A DNA stretch of 64,000 nt. Source: Candidatus Woesearchaeota archaeon (lineage in GTDB: Archaea > Nanobdellota > Nanobdellia > Woesearchaeales > WJIZ01). Shown here piece by piece: positions 46,219 through 56,151 of this stretch. The notes beneath the pieces were generated by a model. The model saw only the letters and a list, made by a program, of their open reading frames with translations. It ran no database searches and had not been told where the DNA came from. Location: assembly GCA_018221205.1 (NCBI GenBank), contig JAAOYF010000045.1:3264-67263 (forward strand), written 5' to 3'. How positions within the stretch are numbered: position 1 is the first letter of the stretch; every line of letters begins with the position of its first letter. The translations under genes were made by a program, and so were the position numbers.

Positions 46219-47309
46219 GCAAGGATTACTATGATGTTTTGGGAGTGAGCAAGAGTTCCACCAAAGAAGAGATCAAGAAAGCATATAAGAATCTCGCCAA
46301 GAAATACCATCCTGACATCAATAACGAGGATGGTGCTGAGCAGAAGTTCAAAGACCTCAATGAGGCTGCCTCTGTCTTGGGAGATGATGCGAAGAGACAG
46401 CAATATGACCAGTTCGGAGATGCAGAAGCGTTCAAGAGAGCTGGCGGCCAAGGGTTTGGCGGCTTTGATTCTGGTGGTTTCGGTGATTTTGCAAGCTTTG
46501 ACTTCGGTGATATCTTTGACCAGTTCTTCTCTGGTGGCGGCTTCCGCTCACGAAGCAGAGCAAGGAATGGGGCAGATATCAGGGCAGACATCGAGATAAG
46601 CCTCGAAGAGGCTTCTTCTGGTGTGGAGAAAATCCTCACCCTCCCCAGGATAGAGCAATGCCATAGCTGCGATGGCTCTGGTGCAGCAACACCTTCTGAT
46701 CTCAAAGAATGCTCTGAATGTGGGGGGGCGGGCACGAGCAGACGCACGCAACGGACTCCTTTTGGTGTCTTTACTACCACTTCCACCTGCCGGACATGCA
46801 AAGGAAAAGGGAAGAGCATAACAAAGGAATGCAAGACATGCGACGGCACCGGACTTATCAGGAAACAGCGGAAGATCGAGATCAAGATCCCGGCAGGAGC
46901 AGAAGAGGGAACAAATCTGCGATTGACAGGACAAGGAGAAGCTGGAGAATCTGGTGCGGTAAGCGGTGATCTGTACATCGTCATCCATATCAAAGAGCAT
47001 GATACTTTCGAGAGGCATGGTGATGACCTCTATCTCAAGATATCTGTCCTTTTTGTCACTGCTGCACTAGGCGGCGAGATCGATGTCGATACGCTAGGCG
47101 GAAAGGCCAAGCTGAAGATACCTTCTGGCACGCAGTCCAATACGGTCTTCAGGATGAGAGGAAAAGGGATACCTCACCTTCATGGTTCAGGCAAGGGAGA
47201 CCAGCATGTCGAGGTCGTAATCGAAGTTCCTGAGAAATTAAGCAAAAAGCAGAAAGACCTCCTTAAAGAGTTTGGAAAAATAGGAATGAAGAAAGGATTA
47301 TTTAGCTAG
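46215..47309 (+). CDS. dnaJ: Hsp40 co-chaperone.
   Basis: J-domain with HPD, a G/F region, and four CxxCxGxG zinc motifs. Confidence 0.92.
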   Translation: MSKDYYDVLGVSKSSTKEEIKKAYKNLAKKYHPDINNEDGAEQKFKDLNEAASVLGDDAKRQQYDQFGDAEAFKRAGGQGFGGFDSGGFGDFASFDFGDIFDQFFSGGGFRSRSRARNGADIRADIEISLEEASSGVEKILTLPRIEQCHSCDGSGAATPSDLKECSECGGAGTSRRTQRTPFGVFTTTSTCRTCKGKGKSITKECKTCDGTGLIRKQRKIEIKIPAGAEEGTNLRLTGQGEAGESGAVSGDLYIVIHIKEHDTFERHGDDLYLKISVLFVTAALGGEIDVDTLGGKAKLKIPSGTQSNTVFRMRGKGIPHLHGSGKGDQHVEVVIEVPEKLSKKQKDLLKEFGKIGMKKGLFS

Positions 47310-47783
47310 GCGTTCTTCAGCATTGATTGAATCAAGATATACTGCCACTGATTTCGGCACCAGATGATTCCATGTCTTTCCTTCCTGGATCCTCTGCCTG
47401 ATATCAGTTCCATTCATGCCATGAATAAAGCGGACCTCCCTCACAGGAATGTCCTTGTCCCAGAACAATGATTTCACCTTCTGGTTTCCTGATAACACAC
47501 AGTGGAACTCTCCGACTGTCTTTTCGACATGATCGACCCATTTGTTGTCGTCATTGACATCGGGCACAGCGATGATCTCGACAGGCTCAAGCTTGTCTTC
47601 CTCTACAGCCTTCTTTATCATCTCTTTGCGCTCTTCAAAAGAGAAAGGATTCTCTACAGTATCTTTTTCTTGAGAACTGCCTATGCCTATGATGACTTTT
47701 GAAGAGATATACAATGCACTCCTGATATCCTCCAAGTGGCCATTATGGAACGGCTGGAATCGTCCGATGAAAAGGGTAATCAT
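47298..47783 (-). CDS. nadM: Archaeal nicotinamide-nucleotide adenylyltransferase.
   Basis: MITLFIGRFQPFHNGH. Confidence 0.85.
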   Translation of the reverse strand: MITLFIGRFQPFHNGHLEDIRSALYISSKVIIGIGSSQEKDTVENPFSFEERKEMIKKAVEEDKLEPVEIIAVPDVNDDNKWVDHVEKTVGEFHCVLSGNQKVKSLFWDKDIPVREVRFIHGMNGTDIRQRIQEGKTWNHLVPKSVAVYLDSINAEERLAK

Positions 47784-47792
47784 ACTATCACC

Positions 47793-48599
47793 TCACTCCT
47801 TTAATTCTAAGACGGGCACAGGGCCCCTTTTATGCTTCTGCTTCTCAATCCTTTGCAGGGTTTTCTTCACTAAATTGTCCTTCTTATTTAACTTTTCCCC
47901 TTTGAGCACCCTCTTGAGGATTGAATCTAATTTGGAATAAGAAGCGCCTAAATCAGCTTCGTCTGTCTGGCCGACTGTCAATTCTGCAGAGGGCCTCTTG
48001 CGGATGATAGAAGGAGGTAGTTTAAGATATCTTGATATTTCCATGATCTCTGTCTTCAGCAGATCCCCTATGATCATCACATCACTTGCTAAGTCTCCAT
48101 ATTTTGTGCCATAACCGAGCATCAACTCAGATTTATTTGAAGTTCCTACAACAATGGCATTGTTGCTGTTTGCATAATTGTATAAGAGGACTGCCCGTGC
48201 TCTTGCCTTGGTATTCATCAACGCTATCTTGCTCTGCTTCCAGGCAAGATGATGATAGCTCTCTAAGTGGGGATTTATTTCAACAAGAAAATGTTTCACT
48301 CTCAGCTTTTTTGCCCAGTTCAACGCATCCTGGATATTCTTCTCTTTTGTGAGGCCTTTTTCCGGCATCATCAACGCAGTTACATTCTTTGCGCCCAAGG
48401 CATCGCAGCATAGTTTAAGGCATAGTGCAGAGTCAACGCCTCCGCTCAAACCTATAACTGCCTTATGGTGATGGTGTCTTTTGAACCAGCCCTTGATCTG
48501 TTCCAATAGCAGGTAATACGTCGTTTTCATGCACCTTTGGGAACAATGGGGGGTATAAAAAGCTTGCGGGCTGTAATGAAAACGAGATGGATGCGTCAC
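47793..48599 (-). CDS. nadE: NH3-dependent NAD+ synthetase.
   Basis: The PP-loop GLSGGVDSAL. Confidence 0.85.
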   Translation of the reverse strand: MTHPSRFHYSPQAFYTPHCSQRCMKTTYYLLLEQIKGWFKRHHHHKAVIGLSGGVDSALCLKLCCDALGAKNVTALMMPEKGLTKEKNIQDALNWAKKLRVKHFLVEINPHLESYHHLAWKQSKIALMNTKARARAVLLYNYANSNNAIVVGTSNKSELMLGYGTKYGDLASDVMIIGDLLKTEIMEISRYLKLPPSIIRKRPSAELTVGQTDEADLGASYSKLDSILKRVLKGEKLNKKDNLVKKTLQRIEKQKHKRGPVPVLELKE

Positions 48600-48991
48600 T
48601 TCAACTTTGAACTTTTAAAAATATGCTCTTTATAGGGTTCGAGCCGGATAATCTTTGCTTTTATTCTTCTTTTTTTCAGCTCTTCTTCCAAATTAGCTGT
48701 GAATGCTTTCTGATCATAACCTAGACAGATGATATCTGGCTTGAGTTCCTCAATAATCTCATATTTATCTTCCTTATGGCCAAAGACCACTTTATGAGGA
48801 ATGCCTGTCAGTTCGAGATGGGATTTCCTTTCCTTTTCTGAGTATTTTGGGGGCTTTCCTTTGATCTCTTTTATGGTCTCATCTCTTGCCAGGACAACAA
48901 TAAGCTCTCCTAATTTTCTTGCCTCTAATAAATAGGCGAAATGTCCTGGATGCAGCTGGTCAAAGCTGCCGAATGCCATTACTCGTTCCAT
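48596..48991 (-). CDS. Cytidylyltransferase-fold protein (RibL-like FAD synthase or similar).
   Basis: AFGSFDQLHPGHFAYL, an (H/T)xGH nucleotidyltransferase motif. Confidence 0.55.
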   Translation of the reverse strand: MERVMAFGSFDQLHPGHFAYLLEARKLGELIVVLARDETIKEIKGKPPKYSEKERKSHLELTGIPHKVVFGHKEDKYEIIEELKPDIICLGYDQKAFTANLEEELKKRRIKAKIIRLEPYKEHIFKSSKLK

Positions 48992-49740
48992 GATAATGAA
49001 GAATATTTCTCTCTGCTCAACTCTTTTGCTTTTTTCAGCTCTTCTTGAGTGAGTATTGAAGGGATGAATTGAAGCTTGAGCGCTTTCTGGAAGCCTTGCT
49101 TCATGGCCTCTGCGACTTGGGCATAATCAACTTTTTTTCCTTCATCGTTGATCGAGGTTATCCTGCTCTTCAGAGCTTCTTTTTGTTTATCTGATAATCC
49201 TTTGAAGCAGCCTGCATATTTCTCAATGTCCATATCGATGAGGACAGCACCATGCTGCAGCACTTTTCCTTTTGTCCTTTTTTGCGCGGAACCGACGATC
49301 TTCTTTCCATTCACGAGAATCTCATACCAGCTTGGATCATGGAAACAGACCGGGGATTTTTCCACTTTATGCACCTCGTCATTGAGCTCTGGCTGTAATC
49401 CCAGGATTTCGAAAGCTTTGACAATCCCTTTACTGATCTCCTTGTAGGATTCGATGACTGATTTAGGCATACGGTCTTGAGAGATGATGAAAGAATAGGT
49501 CAATTCCTTATCATGCAATACTGCATTCCCCCCTGTCGGCCTTCTGACGATCTGGATTCCTTTTTCTAGGCAGAATTCTTTATCAATGTTTATGGCTGAC
49601 TGATCATAGCCAATAGATAATCCTGGTGGGATCCATTGATAGAATCTCAGTACTGGTAGCTCAGAATCCAACAATACCTCATCGATCGCCATATTCATGG
49701 ATGGTGTATTAGGACTGGAGTTGATCAATCTGCATTTCAT
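48979..49740 (-). CDS. lplA: Lipoate-protein ligase A, catalytic domain.
   Basis: BPL/LPL catalytic-domain pattern. It is adjacent to lipA. Confidence 0.75.
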   Translation of the reverse strand: MKCRLINSSPNTPSMNMAIDEVLLDSELPVLRFYQWIPPGLSIGYDQSAINIDKEFCLEKGIQIVRRPTGGNAVLHDKELTYSFIISQDRMPKSVIESYKEISKGIVKAFEILGLQPELNDEVHKVEKSPVCFHDPSWYEILVNGKKIVGSAQKRTKGKVLQHGAVLIDMDIEKYAGCFKGLSDKQKEALKSRITSINDEGKKVDYAQVAEAMKQGFQKALKLQFIPSILTQEELKKAKELSREKYSSLSWNE

Positions 49741-50657
49741 CGGAAATCATCTTCATTGACAAGCTCGTCAGCATGAAAGCTGCTCCTCACTAACGGACCG
49801 GAAAATACGTTCTTGAATCCTAGCTTTTTTCCTTCTTGTTCAAATGACTTGAACTCATCTGGTGTTACGTAACGATGCACTTTCTCATGCCTCTCTGTCG
49901 GTCTTAGATATTGGCCTATGGTGACAATGTCTATACTCTGTTCTCTTAAATCTTTCAAAGTTGAAAGGATCTCTTCATTCGTCTCTCCAAGGCCGACCAT
50001 CATTCCAGATTTTGTAATCATTTTCGGATCAAATTCTTTCGCTTTCCTTAAAAGTTCTAATGAATAATCATAATCGCCTTTTGCCCTTACCTTCTTATGC
50101 ACTCTCCTTACGGTCTCGATATTATGGCCGAACACATCGGGCCGGGCATCAACGACTGACTTGAGGGAATCCTTATAATCTGGAGTGAGGAGTTCTATCC
50201 TGATAGTTGGATCGATCTTCCTGATCTCTTCTATGGTCTTGATATACTGTGATGCACCGCCATCTTCCAGATCATCTCGATCAACTGAGGTGATGACTGC
50301 ATATTTTATGCCCATGACTTTGATGCTTTCTGCGACTTTTCTGGGCTCTTCTGGATCTACGGCTTGGCCTTGATTTCCTGTCTTGACATTGCAATAGCGG
50401 CAAGCCCTTGTACAGGTATCTCCTAGAAGCATAAATGAAGCTGTCCTTCGATTCCAGCAATCTCCGATGTTAGGGCATTTGCCTTCCTGGCAGATTGTGT
50501 GAATATTGTTCTGCTTCACCAATTCCCTGACTTCTCGATAATTCTGGCCATCAGGAAACTGCACCTTGAACCAAGAGGGCTTCTTCGAGATCTGAATGAG
50601 TTCTGACATAGTGATGATTAAATACAAGCGATTTAAAAATCTATTGTCAAACAGCAA
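49737..50657 (-). CDS. lipA: Lipoyl synthase.
   Basis: Radical-SAM CxxxCxxC (CTRACRYC) plus the N-terminal auxiliary cluster Cys. Confidence 0.92.
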   Translation of the reverse strand: MLFDNRFLNRLYLIITMSELIQISKKPSWFKVQFPDGQNYREVRELVKQNNIHTICQEGKCPNIGDCWNRRTASFMLLGDTCTRACRYCNVKTGNQGQAVDPEEPRKVAESIKVMGIKYAVITSVDRDDLEDGGASQYIKTIEEIRKIDPTIRIELLTPDYKDSLKSVVDARPDVFGHNIETVRRVHKKVRAKGDYDYSLELLRKAKEFDPKMITKSGMMVGLGETNEEILSTLKDLREQSIDIVTIGQYLRPTERHEKVHRYVTPDEFKSFEQEGKKLGFKNVFSGPLVRSSFHADELVNEDDFR

Positions 50658-50688
50658 GATTTATTAATAATCCTGCTAAAATTAGGGT

Positions 50689-52032
50689 ATGGCACATATA
50701 GATGTCAGCTTTGTGACTGGGCTGTTGGATACTAAGCAAGATGTTCAGCTGCGAAAGCTCATCAAGAACTCGGAGATTCCTGATCTTGCTATCCTTATAG
50801 ACCAGCTCAAGGAAAGGCATAAGATCAAATTCTATCTCCTGTTTCCTTCCAAGATCTCTTCAGAAGTGCTGCTGGAAGTGAGCTCTCACTCTAGGCGATT
50901 TATCCTCAAAAGTATGAAGGATAAATATATTGTGAGCATGATCGAAGAAACTGCTTCTGATGACTCTGCAGATATCTTGAGTGAGGTTCCTGAGCATAAA
51001 TTGCCCCACATCCTCCAGCGGCTGACCAAAAAGAAGCAAGAGGCTTTAGAGCCAATCATGAAGCATGAAGAAGATACGGCTGGACACCTTATGCAGAGTG
51101 AACTTATTGAAGTTTATCAGTCTATACTTGTGAAGGATGCTATCGAACAAGTGAAAAAGCAACTTTCTAAAGTAGAAGGAGTCAACTATGTGTATGCTGT
51201 CGATAGTAATCATCGCTTAAAGGGTGTTGTTACGATCCATAATCTCTTCACTTCTTCTCCTCAGAAAAAGATTGCCCAGATCATGAACAAGAATGTTGTC
51301 ACTCTTCGGCCTGAGTTGAAGAAGAAGAAAGTTGCGGATGTGTTCATGAAAGAAGATATCCATGTGTTGCCAGTTGTCAATAAAAAAGGAGTCATAAGAG
51401 GAATTGTTACCGTAGATGATGTCCTTGATGTCATCGAGGAAGAGGCAACTGAGGATATGTTCCAGCTGGCAGGAGTGCATCCTGATGAGAGTCCTTTCGA
51501 TCCTTTATCAAAATCCTTGAAAAGAAGATTGCCTTGGCTGGTGATCAACCTCGGCACCTCTGTCCTTGCAGGATTGACGGTTGCTGCTTTTGCTGATACT
51601 CTTGGAGCACTTGTCATCCTGGCTGCATTCTTACCGATCATCGCAGGTATGGGAGGGAATGCTGGTACGCAAACACTCACTTTGATTGTTCGGGGACTTG
51701 CACTCAACCAATTGACTTTACATAACTATCAGAAAGTACTGTTGAAAGAGGTCCTTCTCGGACTTCTCAATGGACTCATCACTGGATTGGTGCTGGCAAT
51801 AGGCGTATACTTCTGGCTGGGCAATATCTTCATCAGCCTTGTTCTGTTGATGGCAATGACCATCAACTTAGTTGTTGCTGGCTTGATCGGTACATCAGTT
51901 CCGATCATCCTCAAACGCTTCAAAGTAGATCCTGCTGTAGCAAGCAGCATCTTCTTGACAACCTTCACCGATGTTATCGGATTTCTTGCTTACCTAGGAA
52001 TAGCTACGCTTTTCTTGCACTGGATCGTTTAA
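50689..52032 (+). CDS. mgtE: Magnesium transporter MgtE.
   Basis: N-domain, CBS pair, and a 5-TM MgtE domain with GNAGTQ. Confidence 0.9.
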   Translation: MAHIDVSFVTGLLDTKQDVQLRKLIKNSEIPDLAILIDQLKERHKIKFYLLFPSKISSEVLLEVSSHSRRFILKSMKDKYIVSMIEETASDDSADILSEVPEHKLPHILQRLTKKKQEALEPIMKHEEDTAGHLMQSELIEVYQSILVKDAIEQVKKQLSKVEGVNYVYAVDSNHRLKGVVTIHNLFTSSPQKKIAQIMNKNVVTLRPELKKKKVADVFMKEDIHVLPVVNKKGVIRGIVTVDDVLDVIEEEATEDMFQLAGVHPDESPFDPLSKSLKRRLPWLVINLGTSVLAGLTVAAFADTLGALVILAAFLPIIAGMGGNAGTQTLTLIVRGLALNQLTLHNYQKVLLKEVLLGLLNGLITGLVLAIGVYFWLGNIFISLVLLMAMTINLVVAGLIGTSVPIILKRFKVDPAVASSIFLTTFTDVIGFLAYLGIATLFLHWIV

Positions 52033-52100
52033 AATCTGTTTTAATACATAAACCTCAGTAATAAAAGCCTTGCACTTAGTCTTATCGATAGATACCTTTA

Positions 52101-52124
52101 AATATCTTCCAGAAGGAAGATATT
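52101..52124. promoter_or_regulatory. A 24-bp palindrome AATATCTTCC-AGAA-GGAAGATATT upstream of doxX.
   Basis: Perfect 10-bp arms. Followed by a GGGGGTG Shine-Dalgarno-like element and the ATG at 52143. Confidence 0.4.
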
Positions 52125-52142
52125 CAATAAGGGGGTGAACCT

Positions 52143-52562
52143 ATGTTAAAAAATATGTGTGAAAAATATACTGATCACTTCTACTTTCTCATGAGGGTGA
52201 TCGTAGGATATATGTTCTTTCTGCATGGACTGCAGAAATTTGGAATGTTAGGTGGACCGGGGATCGACGGCTTTGCTGGATTCATGGCAGGTGGAGATCC
52301 TACTGGATTATTCATCTTCTTCGCATATATAGTAGCGATTGTTGAGACTGTCGGCGGATTATTCATCGCACTCGGCGTGATGACCAGACTTGCTGCTGGC
52401 TTAGGAGCCATTACCATGTTAGTTGCATTCTTGTGGATGCATCTCAGCTGGAATCCTTTAGCAAGCGGTGGAGAAGCAGCATTGCTCTATTTGGTGATCT
52501 TTTTGGTTCTAAAGACCAAAGGACCTGGCAAGTGGGCTTTGATGAAGAAAGAGGTCGTCTAG
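52143..52562 (+). CDS. DoxX-family membrane protein.
   Basis: A four-TM DoxX pattern. A 24-bp palindrome lies upstream. Confidence 0.65.
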   Translation: MLKNMCEKYTDHFYFLMRVIVGYMFFLHGLQKFGMLGGPGIDGFAGFMAGGDPTGLFIFFAYIVAIVETVGGLFIALGVMTRLAAGLGAITMLVAFLWMHLSWNPLASGGEAALLYLVIFLVLKTKGPGKWALMKKEVV

Positions 52563-52581
52563 ACTTTTTTTTCTTTTCTTT

Positions 52582-53148
52582 ATGGTACTCGTCATCTATG
52601 TTCATCCGCAAACACCAGGACATGGTCCTGTGATGCTGGAGGAACTGAAAAAGGCTCTTTCTGAACGGAAAGAGAAATTTGAAATTCTTGATTTGTATAA
52701 AATAAAGTACGATCCGGTGCTGCATGAGAATGAGCATTATACTTCTGGTGGGAGAGAGATCTCAAAACAAAACAAGGACATACAGAAAAAGATCTCAAAA
52801 GAGAAGAAACTCATCTTTTTGTATCCGGTCTGGTGGTATAGCATGCCAGCTATGCTGAAAGGATTCCTTGACCGAATACTTACTGCCCGTTTTGCTTTCA
52901 CGTACAAAGGGGCCATTCCGGTTAAATTGCTCAAAGGAAAGAAAGCAAGGGTGTTGATCACTACTGGGGCTCCATCATGGGCCTGGTTCTTGCCAGGCAT
53001 ACGAGCTGCAAAGCTCTTGACCAAAGAGATATTGCAGTTCTGCGGCATAAAGACTAAAGTGTTCTGCCTCCATGGCGCTCAGAGATATTCTGAGGATAAA
53101 TTACCCAAGATACGTCTCCTTATCCAGAACGCATTACGTGATTTTTGA
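52582..53148 (+). CDS. Flavodoxin-like NAD(P)H dehydrogenase (quinone) family.
   Basis: VLVIYVHPQ...[20 protein letters not shown] matches the Flavodoxin_2/MdaB-like pattern. Confidence 0.7.
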   Translation: MVLVIYVHPQTPGHGPVMLEELKKALSERKEKFEILDLYKIKYDPVLHENEHYTSGGREISKQNKDIQKKISKEKKLIFLYPVWWYSMPAMLKGFLDRILTARFAFTYKGAIPVKLLKGKKARVLITTGAPSWAWFLPGIRAAKLLTKEILQFCGIKTKVFCLHGAQRYSEDKLPKIRLLIQNALRDF

Positions 53149-53828
53149 TGCAGCTTACAAAAGATCTTAAAGATTTAGCGAATCCTAAGAAAAAGAAGAT
53201 TCTTCAACGGTTTTTCAAGACTGGTAAAGGAGAGTATGGTGAGGGAGATATCTTTCTTGGAGTGATGGTGCCTGAGCAGAGGAAGATTGCGAAGAAATAC
53301 AAGGATCTTCCCTTGAAGGATATCCAGTCCTTATTGAACAGCAAGATCCATGAGCATCGATTAGTTGCGTTGTTTATCCTTGTCGGGCAGTATAGCAAGT
53401 CCAAAGATAAAAAGTATGTTGATTTTTATCTGAAGAATACTAAACGGGTGAATAATTGGGATCTTGTAGACCTGTCTGCGCATAAGATCCTTGGAGATTA
53501 CTTATTGGATAAGAAACGAGATATCTTGTATATGTTAGCTCGATCTAAGAATCTGTGGGAGAGAAGAATATCTATTCTTTCTACTTTTGCATTCATCAAT
53601 AATGGCGAGTATAGAGATTCTTTGCGGATAGCTGAGATGTTGCTCCATGACAAACATGATCTTATCCATAAAGCTGTAGGCTGGATGTTACGTGAAGTTG
53701 CTAAACGAGTGAATAAATCCAAAGCAAAAGCATTTCTTGTCAAACATAAGAAAGACATGCCTCGGACGATGCTGAGATATGCTATCGAACGTTATCCTGA
53801 AAAAGAACGGAAGATGTTGATGAGCTAA
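53145..53828 (+). CDS. DNA alkylation repair (AlkD-like HEAT-repeat) protein.
   Basis: [29 protein letters not shown], which I recall as the alkylation-repair family (Pfam PF08713). Confidence 0.7.
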   Translation: MMQLTKDLKDLANPKKKKILQRFFKTGKGEYGEGDIFLGVMVPEQRKIAKKYKDLPLKDIQSLLNSKIHEHRLVALFILVGQYSKSKDKKYVDFYLKNTKRVNNWDLVDLSAHKILGDYLLDKKRDILYMLARSKNLWERRISILSTFAFINNGEYRDSLRIAEMLLHDKHDLIHKAVGWMLREVAKRVNKSKAKAFLVKHKKDMPRTMLRYAIERYPEKERKMLMS

Positions 53829-54070
53829 TTCTCCTTATTCTCTGGTATTATCTCTGTATACGGACATAAGGTGGGATCGTCATTCTCTACAATCTGCTTT
53901 GCATATGCGTAGCATGTTGTATGACCGCACTTCCCGCAGTTGAGACCTGGAAGCTGTCTCTCAAGTATCTTTATCCTTGGCTCATGGAACGCTTTGATCT
54001 TTTTCGGGAGGAAATGCAAAATAAGCCCGATGATAAGAATAAAGAATCCTATCACTAGTATCCCTATCAT
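53825..54070 (-). CDS. RnfB N-terminal-domain-only protein (a membrane anchor plus a Cys-cluster region).
   Basis: [25 protein letters not shown]...CP parallels the RnfB N-terminal Fe-S domain. No ferredoxin domains. Confidence 0.55.
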   Translation of the reverse strand: MIGILVIGFFILIIGLILHFLPKKIKAFHEPRIKILERQLPGLNCGKCGHTTCYAYAKQIVENDDPTLCPYTEIIPENKEN

Positions 54071-54633
54071 GGTGCCACCCCGATAAATGCTGCTGAGATG
54101 ATGGCTGCGATGATCAGTGCAATGGGAAGGCCTTTGAATGGCTTTGGGATATTCAGCTTATCTACTTTCTCTTTCAGGGCTGAGAAGATGAATAAAGCAA
54201 GGGAAAAGCCTAAAGCAGCTGAGAATCCTGCTACGATAGATTGGACCAACGTGAATTGTTCCTGGAGATTAAAGAATACTATTCCGAGAATCGCAGTATT
54301 CGTTGTCAATACTGGCAGATATCTGCCGAAAGATCTGTGCCATTCAAAGAGGTATTTCTCAATGAATATGTGGAAGAGCTGTGCGAAGAACATGATGGAT
54401 ATAACAAAAGCCACTATAAAGAGATATTCCACTTCAAAGGGGATGAGGATAAAGAAGTTGATCAACCAGGCAATAACACTTGAGAAAGTCATGAAGATTA
54501 TCATAGCTAGGCTTAAGCCTAGAGTGTGCCTCCTTTCTGATAGGCCAAGGAGGGGGTGAAAGCCCAGAAACTTGGTGAGGACAATATTATTGGCGAAGAT
54601 CATGCTCAACCCTAACAAGAGCAGCTCATTCAT
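54067..54633 (-). CDS. rnfA: Rnf/Nqr complex subunit A (RnfA/NqrE family).
   Basis: FANNIVLTKFLGFHPLLGLS. Confidence 0.7.
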   Translation of the reverse strand: MNELLLLGLSMIFANNIVLTKFLGFHPLLGLSERRHTLGLSLAMIIFMTFSSVIAWLINFFILIPFEVEYLFIVAFVISIMFFAQLFHIFIEKYLFEWHRSFGRYLPVLTTNTAILGIVFFNLQEQFTLVQSIVAGFSAALGFSLALFIFSALKEKVDKLNIPKPFKGLPIALIIAAIISAAFIGVAP

Positions 54634-55363
54634 CTTTCTTTTCCTCCTTCCTTTCTTCCTTCTTCTCCAGTTTCTTTATTTTTTGCAGCTTTTTTCTCTG
54701 ATCGTGGATAAAGGCATGCATGGCGATGATCAATGCCAGAACGATCAAGGCTCCTGGTGCTAATCCCAGCAATGGGAAGGCTCCAAGATATTTTGCCTTC
54801 ACCACCTGGATCCCGAATACCATAAGCCTGCCTGTCGAGAACAGCTCTCTCAACAGAGCGATGAGTATGACGAGAAGAGAGAGTGCGACGCTGAAGCCGA
54901 GCGCATCCAAGATTGCCCTCAATGGGTTGTGCTTTGAGGAAAAGGTCTCTGCCCGTGCATAGAGCATGCCGTTCACTGCAATCAACGGAAAAAATATCCC
55001 TAGAGATTCCTGCATGCCGGAGAAGTTCTCCTGGAACAGTATGTATACAGCTGTTGTCAAGATCGTTGTGATGACCGTGACAATGAACCTTTTCTGCTCA
55101 AGAGAATATTTCAAGAGCGACATGAAAAAAGCAGAGAGGACAAATATGCCAGTGAATGCTACCATCATGCTGAGCGCATTATCTAATGAGATGGTAATAG
55201 CGAGAATAGGAAAAAGACCCCATAGAAGGAATGAGGAGTTCTTGAGTGAAAATGCTTTGGTACATTCAGACAGATAACTGACAATAGCGCTGCCTATGTG
55301 GATGAGCTTATCTTTTGTCTCTTTCGGAATCAGCTCGATTCCTGTGTCTTCGTCTTCTGCCAT
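54626..55363 (-). CDS. rnfE: Rnf/Nqr complex subunit E (RnfE/NqrD family) with a K/E tail.
   Basis: SLGIFFPLIAVNGMLYARAETF...LDALGFSVALSLL. Confidence 0.7.
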   Translation of the reverse strand: MAEDEDTGIELIPKETKDKLIHIGSAIVSYLSECTKAFSLKNSSFLLWGLFPILAITISLDNALSMMVAFTGIFVLSAFFMSLLKYSLEQKRFIVTVITTILTTAVYILFQENFSGMQESLGIFFPLIAVNGMLYARAETFSSKHNPLRAILDALGFSVALSLLVILIALLRELFSTGRLMVFGIQVVKAKYLGAFPLLGLAPGALIVLALIIAMHAFIHDQRKKLQKIKKLEKKEERKEEKKDE

Positions 55364-56118
55364 CTTTCTATCAAAGGAGTGAGGAAACTCATGAAAAGTA
55401 TAGCATATAGCACTGCATGCAATGGATTGAAACTTCGTATAAGGACTGTCAGCATGCCTGCACCTATGGCGTAGGTCGCTTTGCCTTCGATATGTCTTGG
55501 AAAGGTATTGAATGTCGGGAGGAGGAAGAATGCTGCCAAGAGGAGATCGGTATTGAGAAGCTGGAAGACGTTCTGCTGCAAGACAAATATCAAGCCATAG
55601 ACTGATATGAGGAAAAAGAGAGGTATGCGCCAGTCAATCACTCTTGCGATCATGAGGATTAAGCCGCCGATGATGAGGGCGAATGGAGATATCGTCCCGA
55701 AGGTAACTTGATTGAAAAGCAAGGGAAAGGAGATGATGAGGAAGACGATCGAGACAATAGAAGGGTGGAAAGGGATATTGGATCCGAAGATATTGATGAG
55801 AGCGACTGCAACTATCGATGAGAGGATGGGAAGCCACAATGGAGCATTCACCGGCAGCAACATCGCACTCAATAAAGAAGCTGCAATCGCTGCTCCGATC
55901 GATTTGTAGGATGGCACACTCAAGAGAATGTTTATCAGCGACTGGGTGAGCATTCCCAGCAATACTGCTATGATCTGGATGACCAATGCCTTATTGCCAA
56001 GAACAAAAACTGAGGCAAATGATGCCGGCAAAAGCGCGATGACGACAAGCCAAAGCCTCCTGTCGATGTAATTTGAGAAATATTCTCCTAAAAGCTTGAG
56101 CTCAAATGATTTCTGCAT
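55330..56118 (-). CDS. rnfD: RnfD/NqrB-like polytopic membrane subunit (putative).
   Basis: Polytopic membrane protein directly upstream of rnfE and rnfA, with an NIPFHP motif. Its position supports the call. Confidence 0.45.
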   Translation of the reverse strand: MQKSFELKLLGEYFSNYIDRRLWLVVIALLPASFASVFVLGNKALVIQIIAVLLGMLTQSLINILLSVPSYKSIGAAIAASLLSAMLLPVNAPLWLPILSSIVAVALINIFGSNIPFHPSIVSIVFLIISFPLLFNQVTFGTISPFALIIGGLILMIARVIDWRIPLFFLISVYGLIFVLQQNVFQLLNTDLLLAAFFLLPTFNTFPRHIEGKATYAIGAGMLTVLIRSFNPLHAVLYAILFMSFLTPLIERWQKTKTQESS

Positions 56119-56151
56119 ATGTTCATTCTAGAAGGGGAGATATATAAAGAT

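Noticed and set aside
44399-47018. Arg/Ser/Pro-rich overlapping ORFs on both strands in the dnaK-dnaJ region.
   Set aside because: They are alternative-frame artefacts of the GC-richer dnaK and dnaJ coding sequences.
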